This document shows positions 27,586-37,600 of a stretch of 64,000 bases of DNA, piece after piece. Positions within the stretch are counted from its first letter, which is position 1, and each line of letters opens with the position of its first letter. The DNA lies in IMG/VR virus record IMGVR_UViG_3300012018_000002, positions 48,766 through 112,765 of that record; one strand, 5' to 3'. Both the position numbers and the translations under genes were made by a program. The notes under the pieces were generated by a model. That model did not search any database. It worked only from the letters and a program-made list of their open reading frames with translations, and was not told the DNA's origin. The stretch is from a virus. Taxonomy: Duplodnaviria > Caudoviricetes.

Positions 27586-29008
27586 AATTACAGGTAATAC
27601 AGGAGGAGTAGTAGAAACTAGTAATAACTATTTACATGTTAAAACACCTAGTAACTTAGATGACTCAGGTTATGTAAGTTTAGTTGCTGAAGCTGACCCT
27701 GGTGAAATAATAGATAAAACTGTAAGACCTTTAGACCCTTCTCTTGATTATCGTTTAAGAGTAGGTGTTGATAATCTTTTATGGGATGATACTTTTAATT
27801 ACACTGCATTAAATACATCGGTATATCAAGGAGTAACTTCTACTATGACAATTACTTTGTCAGGAGGAGCTTTAAACTTAAATGCTGGTAATGCTGTAGC
27901 TGCTTCTAACGTAGCTAGAGTTCAGTCATATAAAACATTTCCTTGTTTAGGTTCATTTCCTACTTATATAGATTATTGGTTTAAAATTTCAGCAGCAGCT
28001 CCTGCTAATGGTATTGCAGAATTTGGAGTAGGATATGCAGCTACTACCGCTACTCCTTTAGACGGAGTTTATTTTAAAATAGATAATGGAATTCTAAAAG
28101 GTGTTACTAATTATAATGGTGTAGAAACCTCAGTTACTTTATTAAATTCTATTGAAATTAATACTGTTTATCACGGACTTATCTGTATAACAAATGATTT
28201 AGTAGAATTTTGGATAGATGTGGATTCAATTCCAATTAAATTTGGAGAATTATCCAGACAAACTGCAAACAGTGGTCATAGTATGAACACTCATTTGCCT
28301 TTATTAATGAGGCAATATAATGGATTAGGAGGAGCCTCATCTGCTTTCCAAGTTCAAATACATAAAGTAACAGTTACTTTAGGAGATGCTAATAATATAA
28401 GACTTTGGCAGAATGTAGTTTCAGGTATGGGGTTAGGAACTTTAGGTTCTCCTCATGGTGCAGCAGCAGGACAATTAGCTAACTATGCTAACTCTGCAGC
28501 TCCAGCATCAGCATCTCTTTCAAATACAGCAGCAGGTTATACTACTCTTGGAGGACAATTTCAATTTGCAGCAGTAGCAGGTGCAGAAACAGATTATGCT
28601 TTATTTGCATATTTAGTTCCTGCAGGTTCCACAACTCAACCAGCAAGAAATTTAATGATTACTGGTGTAACTATTTACTCATATAATATGGGTGCTGCAG
28701 TAGCTACAACTCCTACTCTATTACAATGGGGATTAGGATTAGGTTCTACTGGTGTATCTCTTGCAGTAGCAGATTCTGCAACAGCAGGAACTAGAGCACC
28801 TAAAAGAATTATGTTAGGAGTTCAAAATATGATTGTAGCAACTCCTGTAGGAGGAACAGCAGATAGAGAAATTAATATACAATTTGGAACACCTCTACCA
28901 GTAGAAGCAGGAACTTATTGTCATGTAATATTAAAAATGCCAGTAGGCACAGCGACAGCTTCTCAAATAATTAGAGGAACAGTAATGATAAACGGATACT
29001 TTGAATAA
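27575..29008 (+). CDS. Putative receptor-binding / spike protein
   Basis: Ala/Gly/Thr-rich beta protein in the fibre block; lectin-like middle (DGVYFKI...VEFWID). Confidence 0.6.
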   Translation: MAIKITGNTGGVVETSNNYLHVKTPSNLDDSGYVSLVAEADPGEIIDKTVRPLDPSLDYRLRVGVDNLLWDDTFNYTALNTSVYQGVTSTMTITLSGGALNLNAGNAVAASNVARVQSYKTFPCLGSFPTYIDYWFKISAAAPANGIAEFGVGYAATTATPLDGVYFKIDNGILKGVTNYNGVETSVTLLNSIEINTVYHGLICITNDLVEFWIDVDSIPIKFGELSRQTANSGHSMNTHLPLLMRQYNGLGGASSAFQVQIHKVTVTLGDANNIRLWQNVVSGMGLGTLGSPHGAAAGQLANYANSAAPASASLSNTAAGYTTLGGQFQFAAVAGAETDYALFAYLVPAGSTTQPARNLMITGVTIYSYNMGAAVATTPTLLQWGLGLGSTGVSLAVADSATAGTRAPKRIMLGVQNMIVATPVGGTADREINIQFGTPLPVEAGTYCHVILKMPVGTATASQIIRGTVMINGYFE

Positions 29009-29009
29009 T

Positions 29010-29873
29010 ATGAAAAAATTATATACACTCTTATCTTTAGTATTATTAATGTCATGCACATTAATACCTACTCCTATGGCAAAATTAATCCCTTCTACTT
29101 TTGATGCTACTCCATTAGGGGAGACAGGAACTTATGAAGGTTATGAAACTTCTTTAGGAACTACTGAAGCACACTTATTAAATGCACCAAGAATAAAACC
29201 TATTAATGGTAAAATAGTAATGGTAAGTATTGGAGCTTCTGTTCAAAATCAAATATCAGAAAGATTTGAACAAAGAGTTCCTGAACTTACTAGCACTAAA
29301 TTTAAATTTGTTAACTTAGCACAACCTGCTAAAGATATTAATGATTGGTTAACTGACCCTAATGTTTGGACAATTGCTAATAATAGATTAGAAGACGCAA
29401 ATGTTTTAAATACAGAAGTTCAGGTAATTTGGTTACAAGATGATATTCTTAATGATGATATACCTTCTTTTCCAGCAACTTCTTTAATGGTAAAAGATTC
29501 TTTAATATCACTTATTAATAAAATTAAACTAGAATTTCCAAAAGTTAAACATATATTTATATCAGGAAGACCTTATACAGGTTTTTCAGAAGATATTAAA
29601 CACGATGAACCTAAAGGTTATTATAATGGATTTGCTGCTAAGTGGTTAGTAGAAGACCAAATTGCAGGATTACTTCCACCTAAACCTTGGATATGTGATG
29701 CTATATATATGTGGACTAATGGAGTAGAACCTAGATTAGATGGATTTTTTATTTTACCTGGTGATTATAATACTGATGGTGTTCACTTATCTGGTCAAGG
29801 TAAAACTAAATTTGGAGATTATTTATTTGAACAACTTACTACAAATCAAGTAAGTTCTAAATATGTTTACTAA
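29010..29873 (+). CDS. SGNH/GDSL-like hydrolase lipoprotein
   Basis: Signal peptide with lipobox MKKLYTLLSLVLLMS-C; block I-like VSIGAS; block V DGVHLS. Confidence 0.7.
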   Translation: MKKLYTLLSLVLLMSCTLIPTPMAKLIPSTFDATPLGETGTYEGYETSLGTTEAHLLNAPRIKPINGKIVMVSIGASVQNQISERFEQRVPELTSTKFKFVNLAQPAKDINDWLTDPNVWTIANNRLEDANVLNTEVQVIWLQDDILNDDIPSFPATSLMVKDSLISLINKIKLEFPKVKHIFISGRPYTGFSEDIKHDEPKGYYNGFAAKWLVEDQIAGLLPPKPWICDAIYMWTNGVEPRLDGFFILPGDYNTDGVHLSGQGKTKFGDYLFEQLTTNQVSSKYVY

Positions 29874-30286
29874 TGATGAGCTTTGGAATAAAAAAAGAAA
29901 CAACTCACTTTAAAGAGTTTACTGGTGGTGCTGCTCAAGTAACAGCATCTACTACAGCATATGCTCCAATTAATGGAACTACTAACTATAATGCTACAGA
30001 GAATAACAGACAAAGTTTAATATCAAGAAACTGTCTAATTTCTAATCTTGTAGTGGTAACAGGAAGTTCACAACCAGCTTCTGGTTCTCTGACATTAACT
30101 GTTAGAAAAAATGGAGTAGATACAACTTTAACAATAACTATACCAGCAAACCAAGCAGCAGGAACTTTTACAGATACTACTCACACAGTATCTTTTGCAG
30201 CAGGAGATTTAATATCTTTAAAAGGTGTTAATGCAGCTACAGGTAACTCTGCAGCTTTAGTAGCATGGTCTATAAAAACTAAATAA
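29873..30286 (+). CDS. Small beta-sandwich structural protein
   Basis: LTVRKNGVDT...SFAAGDLIS; similar style to the fibre C-terminal head. Confidence 0.55.
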   Translation: MMSFGIKKETTHFKEFTGGAAQVTASTTAYAPINGTTNYNATENNRQSLISRNCLISNLVVVTGSSQPASGSLTLTVRKNGVDTTLTITIPANQAAGTFTDTTHTVSFAAGDLISLKGVNAATGNSAALVAWSIKTK

Positions 30287-30287
30287 T

Positions 30288-30581
30288 ATGGTAAACGAAA
30301 AAACAGAACAACTACTTACTGAAATATTAAGTCTATTAAAACCAAGCAGAACCTCTGTTATATTTGGTAGTTCAACTACAACAGGTTCTTTTCTTTCAGG
30401 TGCTTCTAAAATTTCTATTAGAAATAGTGGTGGTGCAAATGCAACTATCACATCTAATGGAACTAGTTATACTTTAGAACCAGATGAAATTATAAGTCTT
30501 GAAGGTGGTATTACAAGAATTAATAACTTAATTACTTTTGATGCTACAGGAACTACAATTAAATATATAATCTACTATTAA
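30288..30581 (+). CDS. Hypothetical protein
   Basis: 97-aa ORF coupled to the next gene. Confidence 0.6.
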   Translation: MVNEKTEQLLTEILSLLKPSRTSVIFGSSTTTGSFLSGASKISIRNSGGANATITSNGTSYTLEPDEIISLEGGITRINNLITFDATGTTIKYIIYY

Positions 30582-31135
30582 TGACTCAAGATATTTCTTT
30601 AGATTTATTAAATAAAAATGGTGTATATAAAATAACTAATACATCTAAAAATAGATTTTATATTGGTTCTACTTCTCAAGGATTTTTAAAAAGATTTAAA
30701 CAACATCTTTATATTTTAAAAAAAGGAAAATCTATTCAAAGATATAATCAATGGATGGTAAGAGATTATCGTTTAAATAATAGCTTCATTTTTGAAGTTA
30801 TAGAAACCATAGAAGAAAAAAATAAAATTCAAGAAAGAGAACAATATTATCTTGATTTATATTTTAACAAAGATAACTGTTATAATATGTGTCCTAAAGC
30901 AGATGGTGTTAAAGGACATAAGATGCCAGAAGAAAGTAAAAAAAGAATATCTGAAGCAGTAAAAAAGAGAGGTAATCCTCAATCAATGAAAATTGTATTG
31001 GATACTCAAACAGGAATATTTTATGACAGTGTTAAAGAAGTCTCAAATATACTTGGTTATAATAGAAGAGTTTTAGCTAATATGCTAAATCCAAAACAAA
31101 CAAATATTAATCGAACTAATTTAAAATACGTATAA
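30581..31135 (+). CDS. Free-standing GIY-YIG homing endonuclease (NUMOD3/NUMOD1-like C-terminus)
   Basis: GVYKITN...FYIGS...R..QH, EREQYYLD, YN, GHKMPEESKKRISEA, TGIFYDSVKEVS. Confidence 0.9.
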   Translation: MTQDISLDLLNKNGVYKITNTSKNRFYIGSTSQGFLKRFKQHLYILKKGKSIQRYNQWMVRDYRLNNSFIFEVIETIEEKNKIQEREQYYLDLYFNKDNCYNMCPKADGVKGHKMPEESKKRISEAVKKRGNPQSMKIVLDTQTGIFYDSVKEVSNILGYNRRVLANMLNPKQTNINRTNLKYV

Positions 31136-31136
31136 A

Positions 31137-31436
31137 TTGACTACTGAATGTTTTGACATATGGAAAGGTTACTTTGCTTATAAACTAAATGATTTAGGTA
31201 ATAATTTATCTATTGCACAAAGTTATGCAACAAAGAAAGAACTTTGCTATCGTCAAGATTTGATTATAGCTACTTTCTTATTTAGAGCTATTTGTCAATT
31301 ATGCTTTTATACAGAAGCAGAGCAGGAAGCAGATGATACTTTAACAACTGGTGATAAACTTGGTTGTGCTACTCATGATGAGATTATGACTATTATAAAT
31401 AAATTAAAATCAATACTAGACGAATGTGGTTGCTAA
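31137..31436 (+). CDS. Small Cys-containing conserved virion protein (hub-like)
   Basis: TTG start directly after the GIY-YIG stop; ends in DECGC. Confidence 0.5.
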   Translation: MTTECFDIWKGYFAYKLNDLGNNLSIAQSYATKKELCYRQDLIIATFLFRAICQLCFYTEAEQEADDTLTTGDKLGCATHDEIMTIINKLKSILDECGC

Positions 31437-31948
31437 GACTAATTGTTATAATGTTTTTACTTTCTTCTTGCTCTGCTGAAAAGTTATTACAAAGAGCATA
31501 TAAGAAAGACCCATCTTTACTAAAACAAGATACAATACTTATTCCTGAAATAAAGATAGATACGTTTTATAAATTTGACACAGTAGAAATAAAATCAGAC
31601 CTTGATTCCATACTTGATTCTATTGACATGCTTGATAGCTGCCCTGATGCAAAAACTGAAATCATTAAGGAAATAACTAAATACATTACTACAAATCTTA
31701 TAACAGATACATTGTATTATGAAAGTTATTTAAATAATGATAGTGTAGATTTACATCTAGCATTAAAAGTATGGCAGGAAAAAGGAGAGATAAAATTTAA
31801 CTCAGTATTACTAGATAGTAAAATATTAACCAAAGCACCTATTACTGTTATAAAAGAAGATTCATTGTTTAATAAAAAACAAGAAATCATATTCTTAATT
31901 ATATCAGGAATAATAATAATTTTAATAATATGGCGAACTTTAAAATAG
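31424..31948 (+). CDS. Spanin, unimolecular-type architecture
   Basis: N-terminal lipobox (FLLSS-C) and C-terminal TM helix (IIFLIISGIIIILIIW-RTLK); overlaps the endolysin start. Confidence 0.65.
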   Translation: MWLLRLIVIMFLLSSCSAEKLLQRAYKKDPSLLKQDTILIPEIKIDTFYKFDTVEIKSDLDSILDSIDMLDSCPDAKTEIIKEITKYITTNLITDTLYYESYLNNDSVDLHLALKVWQEKGEIKFNSVLLDSKILTKAPITVIKEDSLFNKKQEIIFLIISGIIIILIIWRTLK

Positions 31949-32499
31949 CATTTGAAAAAACACTCGTAGCTGAAGGAGGATACTCTAATCATCAAGCAGA
32001 TGGTGGTGGTGAAACTTATTGTGGTGTAGCTAGAAAGTTTCATCCTAATTGGTCTGGTTGGGTATTAATAGACGAGTATAAAAAACAACCTGGGTTTCCT
32101 AAGAATATAGAAAAATCAAAACTCATCAGTCATATAGAAACATTTTATAAAGTTAATTTCTGGGATGATATGAGGTTAGATGAAATAATCAATCAAGATA
32201 TTGCTGAAGAAATCTATGATACAGGGGTTAATATGGGACCTTCAGTTTCTATTAAATTGGCACAGGAAGCATGTAACCTTTTAAACAGACAAGGTAAAGA
32301 TTATCCAGATATTGAACAAGATGGTATTATAGGTAAAAATACTATAAAGACCATTAACAATCATCCTCACCCAACAACACTATTTAACTTATTAAACTTT
32401 TTACAAGCAGAAAGATATATTAACATATGTCGTAAAAATCGTTCACAAGAAGTTTTTATGAGAGGATGGCTTAATCAAAGAGTTATCTCTAAAAAGTAA
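31930..32499 (+). CDS. Endolysin, glycoside hydrolase family 108 with PG-binding domain
   Basis: EGGYSNHQADGGGETYCG, FYKVNFWD, YDTGVNMG, DGIIGKNT, FMRGWL. Confidence 0.93.
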   Translation: MANFKIAFEKTLVAEGGYSNHQADGGGETYCGVARKFHPNWSGWVLIDEYKKQPGFPKNIEKSKLISHIETFYKVNFWDDMRLDEIINQDIAEEIYDTGVNMGPSVSIKLAQEACNLLNRQGKDYPDIEQDGIIGKNTIKTINNHPHPTTLFNLLNFLQAERYINICRKNRSQEVFMRGWLNQRVISKK

Positions 32500-32546
32500 C
32501 TGGAGTTTCTCATGACAGAATGTTTATTGTCATAAATATTTTCCGT

Positions 32547-32598
32547 AAAAAAAGGGGTTTATGTAGTTTTTCATAGTTACTACATAGACCCTATTTTC
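32547..32598 (+). terminator. Terminator hairpin after the lysis genes
   Basis: GGGTTTATGTAGT...ACTACATAGACCC followed by TATTTT, preceded by an A-tract. Confidence 0.7.
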
Positions 32599-32644
32599 AT
32601 TTTGTAACCTAACAAACAATCTTTCTTTTTTTAACTAATTTACT

Positions 32645-32652
32645 TAAATTTG
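32645..32652 (+). promoter_or_regulatory. -7 promoter element for the tail/cargo operon (leaderless)
   Basis: TAAATTTG matches TAnnTTTG, 4 nt before the ATG at 32657. Confidence 0.55.
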
Positions 32653-32656
32653 TATT

Positions 32657-33358
32657 ATGTCTGAATTACGCACTATTGATGCACATATAGGAGAACTAAG
32701 AAAACTAATAAAACAGTTTTCAGATGATTCTGTATATGATGATGAATTTCTATATAAAGTATTTATAGAAGCAAGGTCTACAATATTAGGTAGACAATTA
32801 GAGTCTTTAAAATATAAGAGCCAGTGGAACTGGATGACTATTATTGTTCCACTAGAAAAAGCAGATTACTTTGAAGATAATTCTTTTCCTGAAGGTATTA
32901 CTTGTAAGGTTAGAAAATCTATGTATAAGATACCAAGACCTTTTGCAACTAAGTTAAAAGAGGTTATGCAAGTTCTAACTTTATCTGGAGACACTATTAG
33001 TCCTGGTAATCTAAAAGATGCTCAAAACTTAAAGCATACAAAGACAATGCAAAATCAAATGTTGTGGGAAATTAAAGATGAATATCTTATAATCCATAAC
33101 AATCTTCAAATTAAAGCCTTACCTATAAGAGCAATATTTGAAAATCCATTAGAGGTTGCTGAGTTTCCAAAATATAATACATCAGGAGAGTATGTAGATG
33201 AAACTTGTTTTAATCCACATATTCAACATGTTCCAATGGACATGGATTTAAATGATGCTTGTTATACTCAAGTATTAAAAAAACTAGGACTAGTTGCACC
33301 TTTGGTAGAAGATAGAAGTAATAATCATGCAAGTCCTACTACACAAAATACAATATGA
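32657..33358 (+). CDS. Tail ring protein
   Basis: SDDS, RAIFENP and crAss synteny (ring, IHF-like, ring, muzzle). Confidence 0.75.
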   Translation: MSELRTIDAHIGELRKLIKQFSDDSVYDDEFLYKVFIEARSTILGRQLESLKYKSQWNWMTIIVPLEKADYFEDNSFPEGITCKVRKSMYKIPRPFATKLKEVMQVLTLSGDTISPGNLKDAQNLKHTKTMQNQMLWEIKDEYLIIHNNLQIKALPIRAIFENPLEVAEFPKYNTSGEYVDETCFNPHIQHVPMDMDLNDACYTQVLKKLGLVAPLVEDRSNNHASPTTQNTI

Positions 33359-33813
33359 AAAGACTTTCAATAACTAAAAGTTATAATAGCCTACCTAATA
33401 AAAAGAATAAAACACACCCTGATTTTATTACAAAACAAGTATATAAAAATATTAATGATTGTTTTAATAAAAGTTTATTTGAAGCATTATTGATTACAGG
33501 AGATGAATTCAATTTACCAGAAAGATTAGGAACTCTTAGATTTATAAAGTTCAAACCTAAAAATCCTTCAATTGATTTTGCAGCTAGTAAAAAACATGGA
33601 ATGAGAATAGTTCATGATAACTATCATTCTGATGGATATGCTGTAAAATTAAGATGGGATAAATCAAAAGCCAATTTTAAAAATAAAAGAATTTGGGATT
33701 TACATTTAGTAAGACATCATTTAAGATTAAATGAACTAAGTGTAAAAAACTATATCATGAAACATGGTGTTTCACAATTCTTAGAAAATACAATTTATTA
33801 TGCTAATAACTAA
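33355..33813 (+). CDS. IHF/HU-like basic protein of the tail operon
   Basis: FNLPERLGTL...IDFAASKK...NYHSDGY...W, the crAss IHF-like family pattern. Confidence 0.7.
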   Translation: MKRLSITKSYNSLPNKKNKTHPDFITKQVYKNINDCFNKSLFEALLITGDEFNLPERLGTLRFIKFKPKNPSIDFAASKKHGMRIVHDNYHSDGYAVKLRWDKSKANFKNKRIWDLHLVRHHLRLNELSVKNYIMKHGVSQFLENTIYYANN

Positions 33814-34621
33814 CTACGTTCCTTTAAGTGCTGCAGTTCAAGAAGTATATAGATTACTTCCTAAAGACCAAGTAGATTATAATGAAATCTATGAGATGGC
33901 ATACTCTGCATATGAAGCTATCATGGTAAGACAATTATATGATGAAGTTATATATCTAGTAGATGTAGAAAATCATACTTTTCAATTACCTAAAGGTTTA
34001 AGATATATTGAACAAATGTTTTTTAAGGATACTACAACTAGTCCTTCTACAACTAATGTTCCTATTTACCAGGGAGATGCAAACACTACTACAGTAATTA
34101 CTACTGATTGGGCATTCCTTTTAGCTGATGAAACAGCTAGATGGCAACCACTAAGATTATCTCCTAGTATATGGAGTAATACTTTTGTATGTTCTAACTC
34201 ACCAACAATTAGTGCTATATCTGAACATACTTATACTATTACTAAAAATAGATGTGGTATAACTTCTTTTGAGTCTGGTCAAATTGCTATAGGTGGATTA
34301 AGATACCCTGTTGATGAAACAGGTGAATTATTAATTCCTGACCATAGAGATGTAAGAGAAGCTATTAAATATAATATATTAATGAATTATTTCTTAGTTA
34401 GAGATATTCTTCAAATACAAGGAACTGATAATATGGAAAGAAAATATAGAGGTTATTGGGAAGTATATGCTGCTAAGTGTAGGGGTAATTTAATGTTGAT
34501 GGGTATTGACCAATTAGAAAACTTTAGAACTCAAATGCAAAGAATTGGACAGCATAATGAAACTTATAATAATGCATTTTCTAATTTATCAACTCAAGAA
34601 AATTTAAATTTAAATGGATAA
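33800..34621 (+). CDS. Tail ring / tubular protein (P22 gp4-like)
   Basis: PVDETGELLIPD...EAIKY motif; precedes the muzzle gene. Confidence 0.75.
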   Translation: MLITNYVPLSAAVQEVYRLLPKDQVDYNEIYEMAYSAYEAIMVRQLYDEVIYLVDVENHTFQLPKGLRYIEQMFFKDTTTSPSTTNVPIYQGDANTTTVITTDWAFLLADETARWQPLRLSPSIWSNTFVCSNSPTISAISEHTYTITKNRCGITSFESGQIAIGGLRYPVDETGELLIPDHRDVREAIKYNILMNYFLVRDILQIQGTDNMERKYRGYWEVYAAKCRGNLMLMGIDQLENFRTQMQRIGQHNETYNNAFSNLSTQENLNLNG

Positions 34622-37600
34622 TTTAAGAGGTATAAACACTGATTTAAGTCATAAAAATCAGCCACCAGGAACTTATAGGTTTGCTTTAAATGCTATTAAC
34701 AATAGCAAAGAAGGAGATATGAAAAGCATTTCTAATGAACAAGGAAATGAATTTGATGTTTCTTTCACTACTAACTTTTTGCCTATAGGTAGTTGTTTTA
34801 TTAATCCTGATTATACTATAGTTTTATCAGCAGGAATAGAAGGATTAGAAGACTATGTAAGAATAGATAAAAGAGTAAATGGTTTACTACAAAACATTAT
34901 GTATATAAAAGATAGTGGTTGGACAACTAGTAAACAAGTAAAAATAAAACATAAAGTTTTAAATGGCTGTGATGATATTATTATTATAACTGATGGACAA
35001 AATCCAATTAGATATATTAACATATCTCAGCTTCAGAACTATTTACTTGATGGAGAAACAACAACATCTGCTAACTTAGATGGAGAAGGTTGGGATTTAG
35101 GATTGATGAATATATCACCTGATTTTCAATCACCTACTCTTTCTTCTATTGATGTATCAGACTCTTCTGGTAATTTGGAAATTGGTTCATATATTATTGT
35201 TCCTCAATATCTTACAAGTTCATTAGACCCTTCTTCTTGGTTATCACATATTGGTGTTATACCTATTTATGATGAACCTTTTTATGGAGAATATACTAAC
35301 ATTGATGGTGGAACTACAACTCTTGTAGAAACAACAAACAAAGCTATAAGATTACAATTTACAAATCTTGATACTTCTTTTTCTTATTTAAGACTTGCTC
35401 TTATATCTAATATTGATGGTGCTATAAGTTCAAATATAATAGCAACTATTCCTATTACTAGCACTGGTGTAAATTATATTATTACAGGTAATGAAGTTAA
35501 GACAGCTATTGCTTTAGAGGAAATAGTTATTGATAATAATATATATGACAGTGCAGAAGATATAGAATTATATGATGACAGGCTATGGTTATTAAATGTA
35601 AAAGAAAGACAAATAGACCATGCTATTTTACAACAAGCAGCTTTCAATGTAAAAGCTCACTGGTTTACTACCAATATAAATGCTGAAATTTCAGGAGGAT
35701 TAGATACTAAGAGTGCTACCTATTATCTTAATTATAGAAGTTATATGAGAGATGAAGCGTATGCTTTTGGTATCCAATATAGATTTAAAAATGGTTGGTT
35801 ATCAAGAGTTTATGCTTTAGCTAGTAGAGAAAAAGATACTGGTTTTTATACATCATTACCTACAAATACAGAACCTAATCCTTGGCATAATAGACTAGCT
35901 CCAACTACTGGTTGGGATTCTACTTTATATAGAGTAGGTGTTGATATACCATTAGTAGATGTAGAGCATCTAGGATTTACAACTGGCTCTGAAGACATAG
36001 GAGATGGTCCAGGATATGTTCAAAGATGGAAAGTATTTAATACAGCTACTGTAGATTCTTCTGTTGGAAGTGGATTATATTTTAGTAGTGGAGAATTTGC
36101 TTATACTGAATCAACTGATAGGTATCCAAGTAACTCAGTATATGGAAGTAACTCAGGACAACCTATAAGAGACTTTAAATTTCCAGATGCTATACTTAAT
36201 CAAATAGGATATGGAGAGGCAGGAACAAATGCAGGTGCTAGTTTTGAAACTGATTACATTGCTAAAAACTATAGAATATTTCCTATAGGAATTGCTTTTA
36301 CTGATATTAATATTCCTGCAGAATATGCAGATGAAATAGTTGGATATGAAATAGTAAGAATAGAAAGAAATGAATTTAACTCTACTGTTCTTGATAAAGG
36401 TATTTTAACCAAGGTTGTAGAAACTCAATTCTCAGGAACTGTAGATGAAGATTATATTCAACAATTATTTGGAACAACTTTTACTAATGTTGTAGAACCT
36501 GATTATACTAAATTTATAAATGATAAATACCAGGTATTACATAATCCATTAAGTAAGTTTACAAATTCAATTTCTGGTTCTTATATTAAAGTAGAAGGAG
36601 AACATCATGGAAGAAGTGAACTTTATCCAGGAACTGGTAACTTAGGAAGAGTAATGATTGTTCCTGGTGATGACCTAGGTGGTATTAATACATTTAGTGA
36701 AACTTTATATAATAGAAAAATAGTAGCGAAAGATTTTATAGCTTCTGATTCTTTATCTACTAGTTCACTAAGTATTAACGTAGATAATACAGAACAACAA
36801 GAAGGTTTATTTATAGAATTAAATAACACATTACCTTTTAATAAACTTCCAATTGCTACAGATAATTTCTTTTTATATGCAGCAATAAAACAATTAATTA
36901 GTAATCAATATGGAACAGTCGAAGGTAGAGTTTATATACCTACAGATTCTATATTACATACAGAAACTTCTTGTGAAATATATGGTGGTGATATATTTAT
37001 TTCTCCTTTAACTTACAGAAGATGTGAGAGAATGGATAGAAAATACAATCCTTTAAATCATGAAGAAGAAGATTCTGGTGGTTCTGCATTTACTTTACAC
37101 TCAAGATATTTGTATAAACATTATGTTGAAAGCACTATCAATTGTAATTTAAGACATGAAGGAACTGATGATACAGAAATATATTATCCTAAAAGTGCAT
37201 ATGAAGATATTCAAAGTTTCCTAAACATAGAAGGTGATTGGTCTACAGATTTAATTCCTAACTACTATGCTTATAATAGTGCATTTTCTCAAGAGAATAA
37301 TATCAAGACTTATTTTGGTTTACCTTTTAATTTTGACTATGATAACAATTGTATTGGTGAATTTAATACAAGAATAGCATGTTCACAGAAAGATAATATA
37401 GAATCAAGTGCTGATTCAAACAAAATATTTTTACCTAACAATTATAGAGACCTTCCTAAAAATAAAGGCGTAGGTCTATCTTTGTTTACTAGAGCTGATA
37501 AGTTATATGCACACTTTGAAAGAACATTATATTTAATTCCTGTAAAAGACCAGGCAGTAAAAGTTGGTGATATAAATGCTTATTTTGGAACAGGTGAAGT

